From the NCBI GenBank assembly GCA_964016885.1, contig OZ024741.1, positions 191,766,001 through 191,830,000 of the forward strand: a stretch of 64,000 nucleotides of DNA, written 5' to 3'. The notes beneath the pieces are model-generated. The model made no database searches and had not been told where the DNA came from. It saw nothing but the letters and a program-made list of their open reading frames with translations. The stretch comes from Eledone cirrhosa. Taxonomy: Eukaryota. Below are positions 13,134-25,768 of the stretch, piece by piece. Within the stretch, counting starts at the first letter, position 1, and each line of letters opens with the position of its first letter. A program made the position numbers and the translations under genes.

Positions 13134-13615
13134 TGTCTATCATTGATGTTGCTACATGTACTATTTCCATTATTACCACTGTGGTTATTGTTGTTGTTGT
13201 TCGTATTGTTACCGTTATTACTACTGTGGTCGCTGCTGGTGTGTCTGTGGTTAATGTTTCTATTATTATTATTATTGTGGTTGTTGTTCTGTCTATCGTT
13301 AGTATTATTACTATTTCTCACTTTCCTGCTATTGTTATGGTTATGGCTGTTATTTCTATACTCAGAGTTATTGTTTATATTACTACTACCGTTATTATTG
13401 TTGTTGCTGTTGTTGTTTACCTTTGCATTCCAACGTATTTTTGTGAAACACTTTTCCAGCTCCGTTTTGCACTCCATAGGGTTAATCTTTTTGTACATGG
13501 CAACTTTTGGTGGTAGCCGCAGGATTTGTTGTTCTTGTTCACTGATTAAAGTGTATATGTATATACGTATATATATATATATATATATACGAATATATAT
13601 ATATATATATATACG

Positions 13616-13650
<35 letters not shown>

Positions 13651-13947
13651 ATATATATATGTATATATATATGTATATATGTATATATATACATATATAT
13701 ATATATGTATATATATATGTATATATGTATATATATACATATATATATGTATATATATACATATATATACGTAATAATAATATATATATATATACGTATA
13801 TATATATACATATATATATATATACATATATATACGTAATAATAATATATATATATATACGTATATATATATACATATATATATATATACGTATATGTAT
13901 ATATATATATATATATATACGTATATATATATACGTATATGTATATA

Positions 13948-13980
<33 letters not shown>

Positions 13981-14002
13981 GTGTGTGTGTGTGTATATAT
14001 AT

Positions 14003-14780
14003 GACAAATTTAAATTTCAAAACTTATTTGGGTTTTGAAATTTAAATTTGTCTGCGGAACAGGTTTGGATTTTGAAATTTAAATTTGTCCAGGTATCACG
14101 GCTATTGCCAATATGGGTTTGTTTTTATTGATTTATTATTTTAAATCGAGACAGGCAAACTGTATTAATCTAATTAGTATTTTTCAATCTAGCTAACTTG
14201 GTCGTTTACAATACAAACGCTTATATATTTATATTGGTGTTTATCATATATTAATTTATATTAACTTGTATTTCACGGCTCAGAAATGCTTCTTTCTTTG
14301 AGCTAATTAATTGTAAAAGACTGTTTGAGTTTATAACTCTAAATATAATATTTAACGGCTCCTGTTGTTGAGCTAAATTTTAATCCCATATAGAAGGCTG
14401 TTATTTCTAGCAGCATGAGTATGGGGCTAGCTAGGAGCTGGGAAACCACGTGCGTTAGCATTTGATTACCAGTCCTCCAAAAATATTTCGAGGTGAAACA
14501 TGCTAATTTCTGGATACCTGTTGATGACCACAGGAATTGGAATTTTTCACTCTTTTAAATTATCGTTGCGAAACTTATTTGGGTTTTGAAATTTAAATTT
14601 GTCCAGGTATCACGGCTATTGCCAATATGGGTTTGTTTTTATTGATTTATTATTTTAAATCGAGACAGGCAAACTGTATTAATCTAATTAGTATTTTTCA
14701 ATCTAGCTAACTTGGTCGTTTACAATACAAACGCTTATATACTTATATTGGTGTTTATCATATATTAATTTATATTAACT

Positions 14781-14784
<4 letters not shown>
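14003..14784 (+). mobile_element. Non-coding 514-bp tandem repeat (~1.4 copies) with HHR and terminal hairpin (retrozyme-like)
   Basis: CAGGTATCACGG at 14090 and 14604; 14003-14052 is a hairpin with 21-bp arms; flanked by (TA)n tracts. Confidence 0.8.
14513..14611 (+). ncRNA. Type I hammerhead (C3U core, weak stem II)
   Basis: gatacctg-TTGATGA-...-GAAA-cttatttgggttttgaaatttaaatttg-TC-caggtatc; perfect 8-bp stem I. Confidence 0.65.
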
Positions 14785-14845
<61 letters not shown>

Positions 14846-14890
14846 TTTGGTTATGATAATATTCCTCATTTATTAATATTTTGAATAACA

Positions 14891-15437
14891 CAAGGTGGGG
14901 CAGAAAGGTTGCCCTGATTTCAAAGGTTAATAAAAAAACAAACACATGATCATAAGAGAAAAAGCTTCGTATTTATAATAAGTACATTACATGCCATTAA
15001 TTTTCTGTTTCAGGTAGTACCCCACTGTGACCTGGAGTGGAGATCATCGTGCATTTGTTGTGGAAGAGTTTCTTAAGAACGGTGAGTCCGTCGTAAAGAC
15101 GCAGCACTCCTTCCGAAGACATTTTGCGCTTCGTCGTCATGGTCCCGTACCGGATGGAAAAACAATTCGTCTGTGGGTTTCTAACTTTAGGCAAACATCA
15201 TCGGCGTTAAAAAAGAAAAGTCCTGTCCGTCCTGGGACCGCTACAGGGCCAGAAAATGAGGGAGACTTCAAAACTGCATCGACATTGGCGGTCGTCACTT
15301 AAGTCATACAATTTTCAAAACCACTTAAACCACAATGGCATGTAATGTACTTATTATAACTACAAAGTTTTTCTTTTATAATCATGTTTGTTTTTTATTA
15401 ACCTTTGAAATCGGGGCAACCTTTCTGCCCCACCCTG
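14891..15437 (+). mobile_element. Internally deleted Tc1/mariner-type element with ~60-bp TIRs
   Basis: CAAGGTGGGGCAGAAAGGTTGCCC... / ...GGGGCAACCTTTCTGCCCCACCCTG; ORF 15027..15302 resembles the N-terminal HTH (HRAFVVE..TQHSFRRHF..PDGKTIRLWV). Confidence 0.85.
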
Positions 15438-15549
15438 TGTATATATATATATATATATATAAGTTATTCCGTGTTGAATCGGAAGTAACCACAGTAAGGT
15501 ACTCAATACATAACAGAGTATAAAAGTTTTCATATAGAAGAGCTTCCAC

Positions 15550-16980
15550 AGAACCCCAGAACCACTGATGGGTTTCGGAGAAACTTAAGCTCGTTCTTCC
15601 GTAATCTAGGATTTAGTATAACCATAGAATCTAATATGACTAGGGCCAACTTTTTAGATGTCACCCTCGACCTAGATACTTCCCTCTATTACCCGTACCA
15701 CAAACCTAACGAGTCCCTTAGATATATTAATGTTAATTCTAACCACCCCAGAAACATCACTGATAACTTAGTAAATAGCGTCTCAATTAGAATCTCTGGC
15801 GTCTCGGCTAATGAAGATATATTTAACGCCTCCGCCTCCTACTACAATGACGCCCTCGCCTGCAGCGGATTTAAAGAAAAGATAACTTACCTAGAAACCA
15901 CCGCAAGACTACCTAGGAGGAATAGGCATAGGCAGATTAGTTGGTACACCCCCCCCCCCCTTCAATAGAGAGGTCTCTACACCTGTAGCTAGGACTTTCT
16001 TCACTTTGCTGAACACACACTTCCCCATACAACATAGGTACTACACCATCTTCAATAAGAATACAATAAGACTCTCCTACTCCACTACACCTAACCTAGC
16101 TAGGAATTAAATAAGCCACCTCCGAACCCAATCCTCGGTCTGAAGCCTTGTGCAATTGCCTAAATAAGGAAGCCTGCCCACTTGAAAACAAATGCCTGAC
16201 AAATTACATCGTATACAAATGTGATGTCATCTCAGGCACCGATGATAGCAACAACAAAAAAACTTACATCGGCATGACTTCCAATAATTTTAAGACTCGG
16301 TGGTATGCCCATACCCACTCTTTCAGAAGACCGGACAAATCAAATCAGACAACACTCGCCTCCTATGTCTAGGACCTCAAAAGGAACTCCACGCCCTTCA
16401 CGCTTAAATGGAAACTACTCCAGAAAGCGCTGCGACCTTTGTATCTCAGAGAGCTACGAAATATTATTTGCCAAACGCCCGCTGCTGAACAAACTCTCTG
16501 AACACTGCCCGAATTGCATGCACAAAAACTTTGCAACTTTCAAATACCTTAAGCCAGTGTTAATGCCAGATGGCTAAAAAAGATTCCTTTTTTTTTTTAA
16601 ACCCCACTCGACAAAATACCCCTCCACCTCCTTCCCACCCTACCCCTACCTCCTCTCGACCCTAAACACGGCACTATGGTCATGTAAGTACTTCTTACCT
16701 ATCAGCTCTTTCTTGACCTGTTTCTTGACCGCTGTATCACGTGATTGACTCCCCCTTCGCCTTTCAGGATTCTATCTCGCGTCCTACGAACGTGTTTAGA
16801 AATTCTTAATGAGGTAACCTCTTGATAAGTCGGCAGTCCTCACAAAAATTCTATATCTCTGTGATGTAGTGTTTTTGCATAATATGCCACGAAACTACGT
16901 AGTCGAGGAGTAAAGAAGGAGTTTGGGTATGGTATATCTTATTATTAATTATATCTAATGTTTCTTCTCTCTTCATAATG
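15550..16980 (+). mobile_element. 5'-truncated Penelope-like element, family B (RT thumb, GIY-YIG, 3' HHR)
   Basis: ANFLDVTLDL..YINVNSNHP; CNC..CPL..C..IVYKC..TYIGMTSNNFKTRWYAH; near-identical to 18510-19665. Confidence 0.9.
16818..16908 (+). ncRNA. Degenerate type I hammerhead at PLE 3' end
   Basis: cctc-TTGATAA-gtcggca...tgccac-GAAA-ctacgtag-TC-gagg; two core substitutions. Confidence 0.65.
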
Positions 16981-17065
<85 letters not shown>

Positions 17066-17209
17066 TATGTATGTACACATATTTGTATGTATGTGTTTAT
17101 ATATGTTTATATATTTGTATATGTGTATGTTATGTATGTTTGTTGTGTGTGTGCCTGCCTATGTGTGTGTACGTGTGTAAGTGGGCGAATGTGTGAATGT
17201 GCTTGTCGA

Positions 17210-19665
17210 CACCTGGAATATATATTAAGAGAAACTTCACAATAAGGGGAATCACCCCAACACTTGAATCTGTTGATGGAACCCTCTCTGCCTTTGTCAC
17301 CCTTATTCCAGTCTTAAAGAATTTCCCTTTTCTTTAAACCATTGACTTACTGTGGTAACCTCCGATTCAACCTGGAATAACTTATCTTTTAGCACTCCTA
17401 GTGCCCCTCATAACCATCACTAAGAAACCATGCTGACCAAACTCGACCTTGATATCTCCATGAAGAACATCCCCATCCCTTCAAGGAAATTTTACCTAAA
17501 AACACTCATCAGACGTACAGACGAGTTCATCAAGCGAATTAGATGAAGAGCCTTCTTCCTCGACAACCCTGATGTAGCATCTACCAATGATGAGAAGTTC
17601 GGCTTCAAAACGAATAAGGCACTACCCACCAACAGCCTACTTGAATCATTTGAGGAAGACCTCTTCAAGATGATTAGAGATATCAAATTTCGTAGAGCCA
17701 ACACACTATTCCAGACCTACTTAAATACTGAAATGCGGAATATAAAAAATTTCCCCAATCTCCATGTCTCCTCCGATAAAACCAAAAATGTTTATGAGGT
17801 AGACCCACAGACCTATAATAAGCTGGCAAAAAATGACATCACGACCACCTACAAAAAGGTAAATGAGATGGCATTGACTGAGACAAATGCGGCCGGAAAA
17901 GAAATCGCCAAGTCCCTTAAAATACACGACCGAACGGAACATTTAAGGGTAAAGACCCCGCACTTTACCCTGAAGGACCACAAGGGAAACTTCCTCAACA
18001 AACCATCAGTCAGACTTATCAACCCCACACGTTCGGACATCGGCTCTATCAGCAAAAAGATCCTCGATAGAGTTCTACCATCATTGCGGGTTGCCTCACC
18101 ACTGCCACTCTGGAGCAGAACATCTGAGGCAATTTCTTGGTTCCAAGAATTGCCCGACAAATGCCACACTTGCTTCCTGAAACTCGACATAGAAGACTAC
18201 TATGCTTCTATCTCTGAGCTCCTCCTGAAGGACGCACTTACTTTTGCCAGGAACTTTACCACCATAACTGACGCTGAGCAAGATGTAATCCTCCAAGCCC
18301 GTAAGACCTTCCTACACCACGAGGGATCTTACTGGATCAACAAGAAGTCTCAGACCCCCATTTGACGTCAGCATGAGAGCGAGTGATTCGGCTGAAATAA
18401 GTGACCTCGTGGGCCTGTACATTTTACATCACCTGAAGAACCTCTTTACTGGCCCCCACCGGGGGTTTATACCGAAACGATGGCCTCTTCGCCTTGCACA
18501 AGGTTAACCCCAGAACCACTGATGGGTTTCGGAGAAACTTAAGCTCGTTCTTCCGTAATCTAGGATTTAGTATAACCATAGAATCTAATATGACTAAGGC
18601 CAACTTTTTAGATGTCACCATCGACCTAGATACGTCCCTCTATTACCCGTACCACAAACCTAACGAGTCCCTTAGATATATTAATGTTAATTCTAACAAC
18701 CCCAAAACATCACTGATAACTTAGTAAATAGCGTCTCAATTAGAATCTCTGGCGTCTCGGCCAATGAAGATATATTTAACGCCCTCGCCCACAGCGGATT
18801 TAAAGAAAAGATAACTTACCTAGAAACCACCGCAAGACTACCTAGGAGGAATAAGCATAGGCAGATTAGTTGGTACAACCCTCCCTTCAATAGAGAGGTC
18901 TCTACACCTACAGCTAGGAATTTCTTCACTTTGCTAAACACACTTCCCCATACAACATAGGTACTACACCATCTTCAATAAGAACACAATAAGACTCTCC
19001 TACTCCACTACACCTAACCTAGCTAGGAATATAACCAATCTCAATTCTAAAAAATTAAATAAGCCAACTCCTCCGAACCCAATCCCCGGACTGAAGCTTT
19101 GTGCAATTGCCTAAATAAGGAAGCCTGCCCACTTGAAAACAAATGCCTGACAAATGACATCGTATACAAATGCGATGTCATCTCAGGCAGCGATGGTAGC
19201 AACAACAAAAAGACTTACATCGGCATGACTTCCAATAATTTTAAGACCCGGAAGTATGATTTTCCCACTCTTTCAGAAGACCGGACAAATCAAATCAGAC
19301 AACACTCGCCTCCTAGGTCTGGGACCTCAAGAGGAACTCCCCCTCCCTTCACGCTTAAATGGAAACTACTCCAGAAAGCGCGACCTTTGTATCTCAGAGA
19401 GCTACGAAATATTATTTGCCAAGCGCCCGCTACTGTACAAACTCTCTGAACACTGCCCGAATTGCAAGCACAAAAACTTTGCAACTTTCAAATACCTTAA
19501 GCCAGTGTTAATGCGAGATGGCTAAAAAAGATTTCCTTTCTTTTTTTTTAAACCCCACTCGACAAAATACCCCCTCCATCTCCTTCCCACCCTACTCCTA
19601 CTCCCTCTCGACGCGAAACACGGCACTATAGTCATGTAAGTACTTCTTACCTATCTGCTCTTTCC
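17210..19665 (+). mobile_element. Near full-length decayed Penelope-like element, family B
   Basis: ATG 17430 MLTKLDLDISMKNIPIPS; SDKTKNVY; TLKDHK..VRLINP; LDIEDYYASI; GGLYRND; GIY-YIG; stops and frameshifts. Confidence 0.9.
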
Positions 19666-19829
19666 GCATGTAGAGCGTACTTCATCTTAATACTGTATAT
19701 ATGTGTGTATTTGTGTATATTTATGAGTGTATGTATGTACGTATTTGTATGAGTGGATGTACGATTGTATGCGTATGTTTGTGTGTACGTGCGTGTATAT
19801 GTATTTACGAATATGTGAATGTGTGTATG

Positions 19830-19864
<35 letters not shown>

Positions 19865-19869
19865 TGAAA

Positions 19870-21415
19870 AAAGAATTTCTAATTTATCCTCTAATAGATA
19901 TTTTCGAAGCTAATGCCAAATATTATAATAATGCGTTATCTAGGGCTGGATATCCGGACAAAATTAGATACACTAAGGAAACTAATCTTGGCAGAACTTA
20001 TAGTAATCTAGCTAGTAATAATCATACCACTAACAAAAGGAGGAGACCTAGATATAAAATATCCTTTGGTACAACGCTCCCTTCTCTCTTTCAGTTATTA
20101 ATAATATCCCTAAATTATTTTTTAGGGCTAACGAGTACCAATACCTACATTGGCTCTACTTCCACATCTTTTAAAGCAAGACTCTATAATCATTCTTCTA
20201 TATTTAAATATCCACTTAAAACGACCAACACCGCACTCCCAGAACTTATTTGGTCCTTAAAAGACAAAAACATTAATTACGAAATTTCTTAGCGTAAAAT
20301 CTGCAACGCTTATCCATACTCCAATGCTTCCATATCTAGGGTTTGTAATTTATGTCTAGCTGAAAAATTTACCATTATCTCGAATTTCAACTCTATAATA
20401 AATAGACGTACGGATTTATTTGCTCTCTGTAATCATAAGTCCTTCAAGACCTTCCACAAAGTATATAGCTAATGCCCTTTAATACATTCCACGAATAACT
20501 GTTAATTTTTCACACACATATATATTTTTTACTCATATATTTTTTTTTTACACATATTTTCTTCACACATTTTTTTCACACATATTTCATTATATTCTAC
20601 AAAGTATTAATTCATTTTTCCCAGCATAGTTTAAGAGTTTAACCTTTTTCTCTTTTGACTTAAATTTTCGTTCAAACCTTCGTAGATTTTGTAAACAAAC
20701 TATGGCGTTATATGTTTTTCTACGTTTATAAATCATTCTAGCAATTTCCTTTATTTTACTTGTTGATATAAAATAATAATTAAATAGTATACCCCACATA
20801 TATAGATTTTTAATAGAAATTTTTAATTTTGACATAGATTGACTATTCTTATTTTTATTTTTAATCTATCTTATTTTATTTTATTTTATTTTAAAAACCT
20901 TTTTTTTATAAACCTTTTTTTATAATTTAATTTAATTTTTATTTTATTTTATTATTTTTTATTTTATTAATACATTTTTACGCTTCCTAATCCAATTTTT
21001 AGTAAAATAATATACCCAGTATACTCTTATATTTGAATACCATCTATATTATTCGGACATACACCTCATCAATTTATTATTTTTAGCCGTTATTCACAGC
21101 TGTTTTCATCTTGACAGCGTTCCGGATCAAAAGTCTCTCTCTCTTCCTTCTTTCTTTTTTCCTTTTTTTCCTCGCTTCTATTTCTTTTTCCTTTTTCCTT
21201 CTTTTTTATATATATTTCCTATTTTTCTCTTACTCGTATATTTTTATCATATGTAGATTGGACACTTTCTTATTGACAAGTGTTTTTTGGCCTCATATCA
21301 TGTTACCTTATTTTATCTGATGAGAACACAATTTTCGTCCCAGGATGATGTTGTTTTCGAAATGCGCATAATAAAATATATGGAACTTTTTAAACCATCT
21401 TTTAATTTCTTCTTT
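19870..21415 (+). mobile_element. PLE 3' fragment, family C (GIY-YIG, AT-rich 3' region, HHR)
   Basis: YYNNALSRAGY, TYIGSTSTSFKARLYNH, CNLCLAEK; HHR near the end. Confidence 0.8.
21309..21378 (+). ncRNA. Type I hammerhead ribozyme, intact core
   Basis: tattttat-CTGATGA-gaacacaat..gttgttttc-GAAA-tgcgca-TA-ataaaata; perfect 8-bp stem I, palindromic stem III. Confidence 0.88.
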
Positions 21416-21417
21416 TA

Positions 21418-21448
<31 letters not shown>

Positions 21449-21643
21449 TTGTGTATATATATATATATTTGTATGCATGTATGTGCGTATGTTGGTATAT
21501 ATGTAAATATATATATATATGTGTGTGTATATGTATGTATGTATATATATGTATATATTTATATATATATATATATTTATATATAGGTGTGTATGTTGGT
21601 GTTTATATATTTTTATATTTTTATATGTCTATATATATGTGTG

Positions 21644-21699
<56 letters not shown>

Positions 21700-21737
21700 C
21701 CTATGTGTTTTTACTGATATATGGGTGTATGTGTGTA

Positions 21738-21778
<41 letters not shown>

Positions 21779-21805
21779 GTGTGTGTATGTGTGTATATAT
21801 ATATA

Positions 21806-22051
21806 TCACCTTGACCGACCAGTCTGTTGGGCGCCAATCGGCGCCGCTGGTCACAGCACGTCGTGCTGTTTTAGCCATAAGATAACGCCATCCCATTGGC
21901 TGGGCGGGCAGGCCGGTACTCATTTCTACAGCTGAGTAAACTGGAGCAATGTGAAATAAAATGTCTTGCTCAAGGAAACAACACATCACCCGGTCCGAGA
22001 AACAACCTTTCGATTGCAATCCCAATGCTTTAACCACTAAGCCATGCGCCT

Positions 22052-22052
<1 letters not shown>
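21806..22052 (-). mobile_element. tRNA-derived CORE-type SINE
   Basis: Minus strand has A-box-like TGGCTTAGTGG and core GTGTTGTTTCCTTGAGCAAGACA; related copies at 39521, 44100, 54574, 58625, 62030. Confidence 0.75.
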
Positions 22053-22140
<88 letters not shown>

Positions 22141-22212
22141 ATATATATGTAGTTTATTATATGAACAGAAAACAGAGAGGCAGTACAAATGATATGGTTT
22201 TTAGTTTCACAC

Positions 22213-22249
<37 letters not shown>

Positions 22250-22433
22250 TTATATATATATGTGTGTATATGTGTATGTATGTATGTATATATATATATA
22301 TATACGTGTATACATGTATATATATATAAATATATGTGTGTGTATTTATGTATATGTGCGTACGTGTGTATATATATGTATGTATATGTGTACGTTTGAA
22401 TGTGTGTATGTATGCGTGTGTATGCATGAGAGC

Positions 22434-22487
<54 letters not shown>

Positions 22488-22513
22488 ATATATGTCCAGC
22501 TCCTGGTTGTGTT

Positions 22514-23135
22514 GTTATTTCTCTGAGGAACTGGAATCATATGATTCCAGTTCCTCAGAGAAATAACGACGACAAACCACCGAACGTTAGGATGAATAGG
22601 AATAACAATATGAGATGCGAATATAATGAAGGACTGGAGACTGATAGACCATTTAACACGCAAAACCAACAATACTCCAACAGCATACCAACAGATGGGA
22701 ACATTAGAAATAGGGACCTTGCAGCGTTCACCCATAACGCAAAACACGATAGGGGAATAGTACAAGTAGTAGACACCTTAAGACCAACAAATGCAAACAC
22801 CCGTAACTGCAGTAGCGCCGGAAATAGAAATAGAATGAACAATAATGACTCAGATAATGCGCGTCCAAGCATGGATATAAGCCACAAAGTCATGCAACAG
22901 ATGAATAGACCTCATAACAATCGACATAGGAGTGAATATAGTAGTGACGATTATGGTAGCAGCAGACAGCAGAACATCATGCATATACCACCAATGAACA
23001 AGAGACGAGCTAAGAATGGATCTAGACAAGTAACAGGGTTTAATGCGCCCTACTCTAATCCTGGGATTTTCTTTAAAGCACTGGATGAGTGTTTCCCACC
23101 TAACCATAGATACCATAAGCTGTTCAACTGACACA
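22514..23135 (+). mobile_element. PLE linker fragment preceded by a 54-bp perfect palindrome
   Basis: ORF ends GIFFKALDECFPPNHRYHKLFN (PLE RT-to-endonuclease linker motif); 22514-22567 is self-complementary. Confidence 0.6.
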
Positions 23136-23444
23136 CCGTGAAATTCTTATTTTCCACAGCATATTGCAGGCACCAACTCCAAGAAAATGTGAGATTATGC
23201 GTGTTGACAACAGCAGACTGGAGGGTTGTTGAGGGAAATCACAGAGAGCCAACCACCAACTACGCTCTACCGACTACCATGCCACAACCCGTCAAGAGCC
23301 GCATCATTGATACTCACCTGACCACAACGTCAACCAGGAAATGCAACATGTTACCAGGCCACAATAGGAATGACAGAACACCTGGCCCCCCAGATTCTGC
23401 TGCGCAACATCAGAATAGCCGATTAACGACTATAGTGAAGAATT

Positions 23445-24205
23445 TAGCGTGCTGGTTGGCGTCTCCTGTTTATTATCATTCTGCCAGCTATAACAGAGGA
23501 CTTTAAGACTGGCTGCCTATGGGAACTCCTGTGTGTGAATGATCTTATGCTTATAACTGAATCTATAGCAGAATTAGAGAAGATATTCCAAATCTGGATG
23601 CATGGCCTAGAAACAAAGGGTCTTAGAATCAACCTGGCAAAGACTAAGGTCCAAGTAAGTAGAAGAGAAAACAGAGCCCTGATACCCTTGGGGAAATAGC
23701 CTTGCTCAGTGTGTAGGTAGAAATTCCATCCTATGTCCCAAATGCAAATTAAGGGTACACACGAGATGTTGTGGGATCTCAAGTAGTTTAGCTAAAAACA
23801 TAGGTTTTAAATGTGGCCATTACATGGGAGTAGTAAGCCTACACTGTAAAGTGGTCATGATGGCGACCACCCCTCACACACGACCCTATACTCACCTCCC
23901 AAACTCCCACACACCTTCCCCTACCAAAGTCCCCAGCCCACACAGTAAAGTGGTCATGATGGTGACTTAACGAAAATCGCCCAGCCTGCACTGTAAAGTG
24001 GTTGTGTAAGTGTCACAACAAAAAGTACCCAGTACACACTGTAAATGTGGTTGGCATTTGGAAGGGCATTCAGCCATAGAAGCCAAGCCAAAATCAGTTC
24101 TGTATGAACAAGACGTGGTCATCTTACCTGGCTTATCTCCCAACAGGACAATTCATCTAACCCATGCTTGCATGGAAAATGGACGTTAAACAGTGATGAT
24201 GATGC
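23445..24205 (+). mobile_element. RTE LINE 3' fragment with (TGA)n tail
   Basis: FKTGC.WELL..GLRINLAKTKV; tail GAAGGGCATTCAG..GGACGTTAAAC..TGATGATG. Confidence 0.8.
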
Positions 24206-24277
24206 TATAATTTCAAATGTTAAATGTCATTGTTTTGAAGTTAAAAATATAAATACTATTTGATAGGATTAACTCAA

Positions 24278-24857
24278 TCCCATTACTGCACTAGGGCTCT
24301 AGGAACACAACCACAAGGATATGGTCCAAACGTGGAAGAGCCGAACTCCCACTGTCATCGCCTCCATCTCTCTTGTCCTCCCCATCTCTCCATATGGTGA
24401 CCAAATGGGGTCCCACAAGCTGGCCTCCCCACAGCGCCAGCAGACAGAATGGAGACGGCGTTTCCCCGGAGGATGGTAAGGGAGATGCACTGGAAGAACC
24501 ATTCCAACTTACGAGGCTCACTCTTGCGGCTGGTCAATTCCGCGCCTATGGTGGTGAGTAGGGAGGTAGCCCTAGGGCCAAGGACACCAGAAGTCTGCAC
24601 TGCCAAGGGCATGACCGTGAACCTGTCGGAGAGCGGCTGGTACTTGGAGAGTTTGGCCTCCTCAGCCTGATGTACAGCAGAACCTGGGTTAGTCACAAAC
24701 TCCACCAGATTGCGATTGGAGAAAGTGTTGCTGCAAGTGGCATCGCAGACGAGGGGCTTGCCACCGCGGAATGGGAAGATGGTCATGCCATTTGGTCTAG
24801 TGGTTAGGATTCATGGCTTTCACCCAGGCGGCCTGGGTTCGATTCCCGGCATGGGAA
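24278..24857 (+). tRNA. tRNA-Glu(TTC) gene or pseudogene, apparently split: TCCCAT at 24278-24283, body at 24793-24857
   Basis: TGGTCTAGTGGTTAGGATT (A box/D arm), anticodon TTC 24819-24821, GGTTCGATTCC (B box), 3' CATGGGA complementary to TCCCAT. Confidence 0.7.
24284..24798 (-). mobile_element. 5'-truncated non-LTR retrotransposon with restriction-like endonuclease (CRE/NeSL-like)
   Basis: RPNGMTIFPFRGGKPLVCDATC..AEEAKLSKY..PLAVQTSG..ISLTILRGNA (PD-(D/E)xK RLE pattern). Confidence 0.8.
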
Positions 24858-24994
24858 CTCTAATCGATTTCAAATGTTCTTAGTTAAAAAACAAAGAAGA
24901 CCAAGTTTAAGAGGTACTCAATACATGGTAATTAAAATTAAACTGTAGGGCTTATATAATTTTTTGAACCTATGTGTATATATATATATGTAAA

Positions 24995-25768
24995 CAAGGT
25001 GGTATCAAAAGGTTTCAGGACTAGTTCTGTAGTGCTCCAACAGTTGCATGCACTGTGAGAGCTAGCAGTGACCTTCATGTGCCAGTGTGCTGAGTTACAT
25101 TGCTGTGTTCATTGCAAGTTGTGAAATTTGTGTTTTGTGATCATGTGTATGCCTGCGATTTTGTCATGAACAGGAAGTTGGAGCAAAGAGCCAACATTAA
25201 ATTTTACGTTTAACTTGGGAAGTCTGCTACAGAGACTTTGAGCATGCTCTGGCAATGGGTTGCACACAATGTTTTGAGTGGCATGGGCGCTTCAAAAGCA
25301 GCAGGATGTCCCTGGAAGATGATGAGCAACCTGGACGACCTGCAAAGATCGTCGGAGGGCAATCAATGATATTGCTGATGTTGCTGGTCTGTTGTATGGG
25401 TCCATGCAGGCAATCCTAACGTCTGAATTGAACATGCAGCATGTCGCTGCCAAGTTTGTCCGTCAGTGTGCCGCTGATGACTTATCCTTCATGTTGAGGA
25501 TCATCTCCAGTAACAAGAGTTGGATCTATGGGTATGGCCCTGAGATGAAGAAGCAGTCGACACAGTGGAAAATTCTGTCGTCTCCACAACCAAAGAAGGC
25601 ACAACAGAGCCGCAGCTCAATCAAGAGCATACTCATTGGTTTTTTTTTTTTACATCTGCAGTATTGTGCATTGAAATTTCATCTTCCAAGGACAGACCAT
25701 CAATCGAGAGTTTTACTGCAACGCTTTGAGGCATTTGAGGGAGGATGTTCGGTAAAAACGACAGATTG
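24995..25768 (+). mobile_element. Decayed mariner transposon fragment
   Basis: EQRANIKFYV, SLEDDEQPGRP, VAAKFV, IISSNKSWIYGYGPEMKKQSTQWK. Confidence 0.8.

Larger units (their letters stand above)
5083..13555 (-). mobile_element. Penelope-like retroelement copy 1 (tentatively Naiad-like), interrupted by LTR-element insertions
   Basis: Segments 5083-7421, 9927-10535 and 13134-13555 are colinear with the copy at 44731-48560; includes Asn-rich N-terminal region, LPTDKSGR motif, RT and GIY-YIG. Confidence 0.9.
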
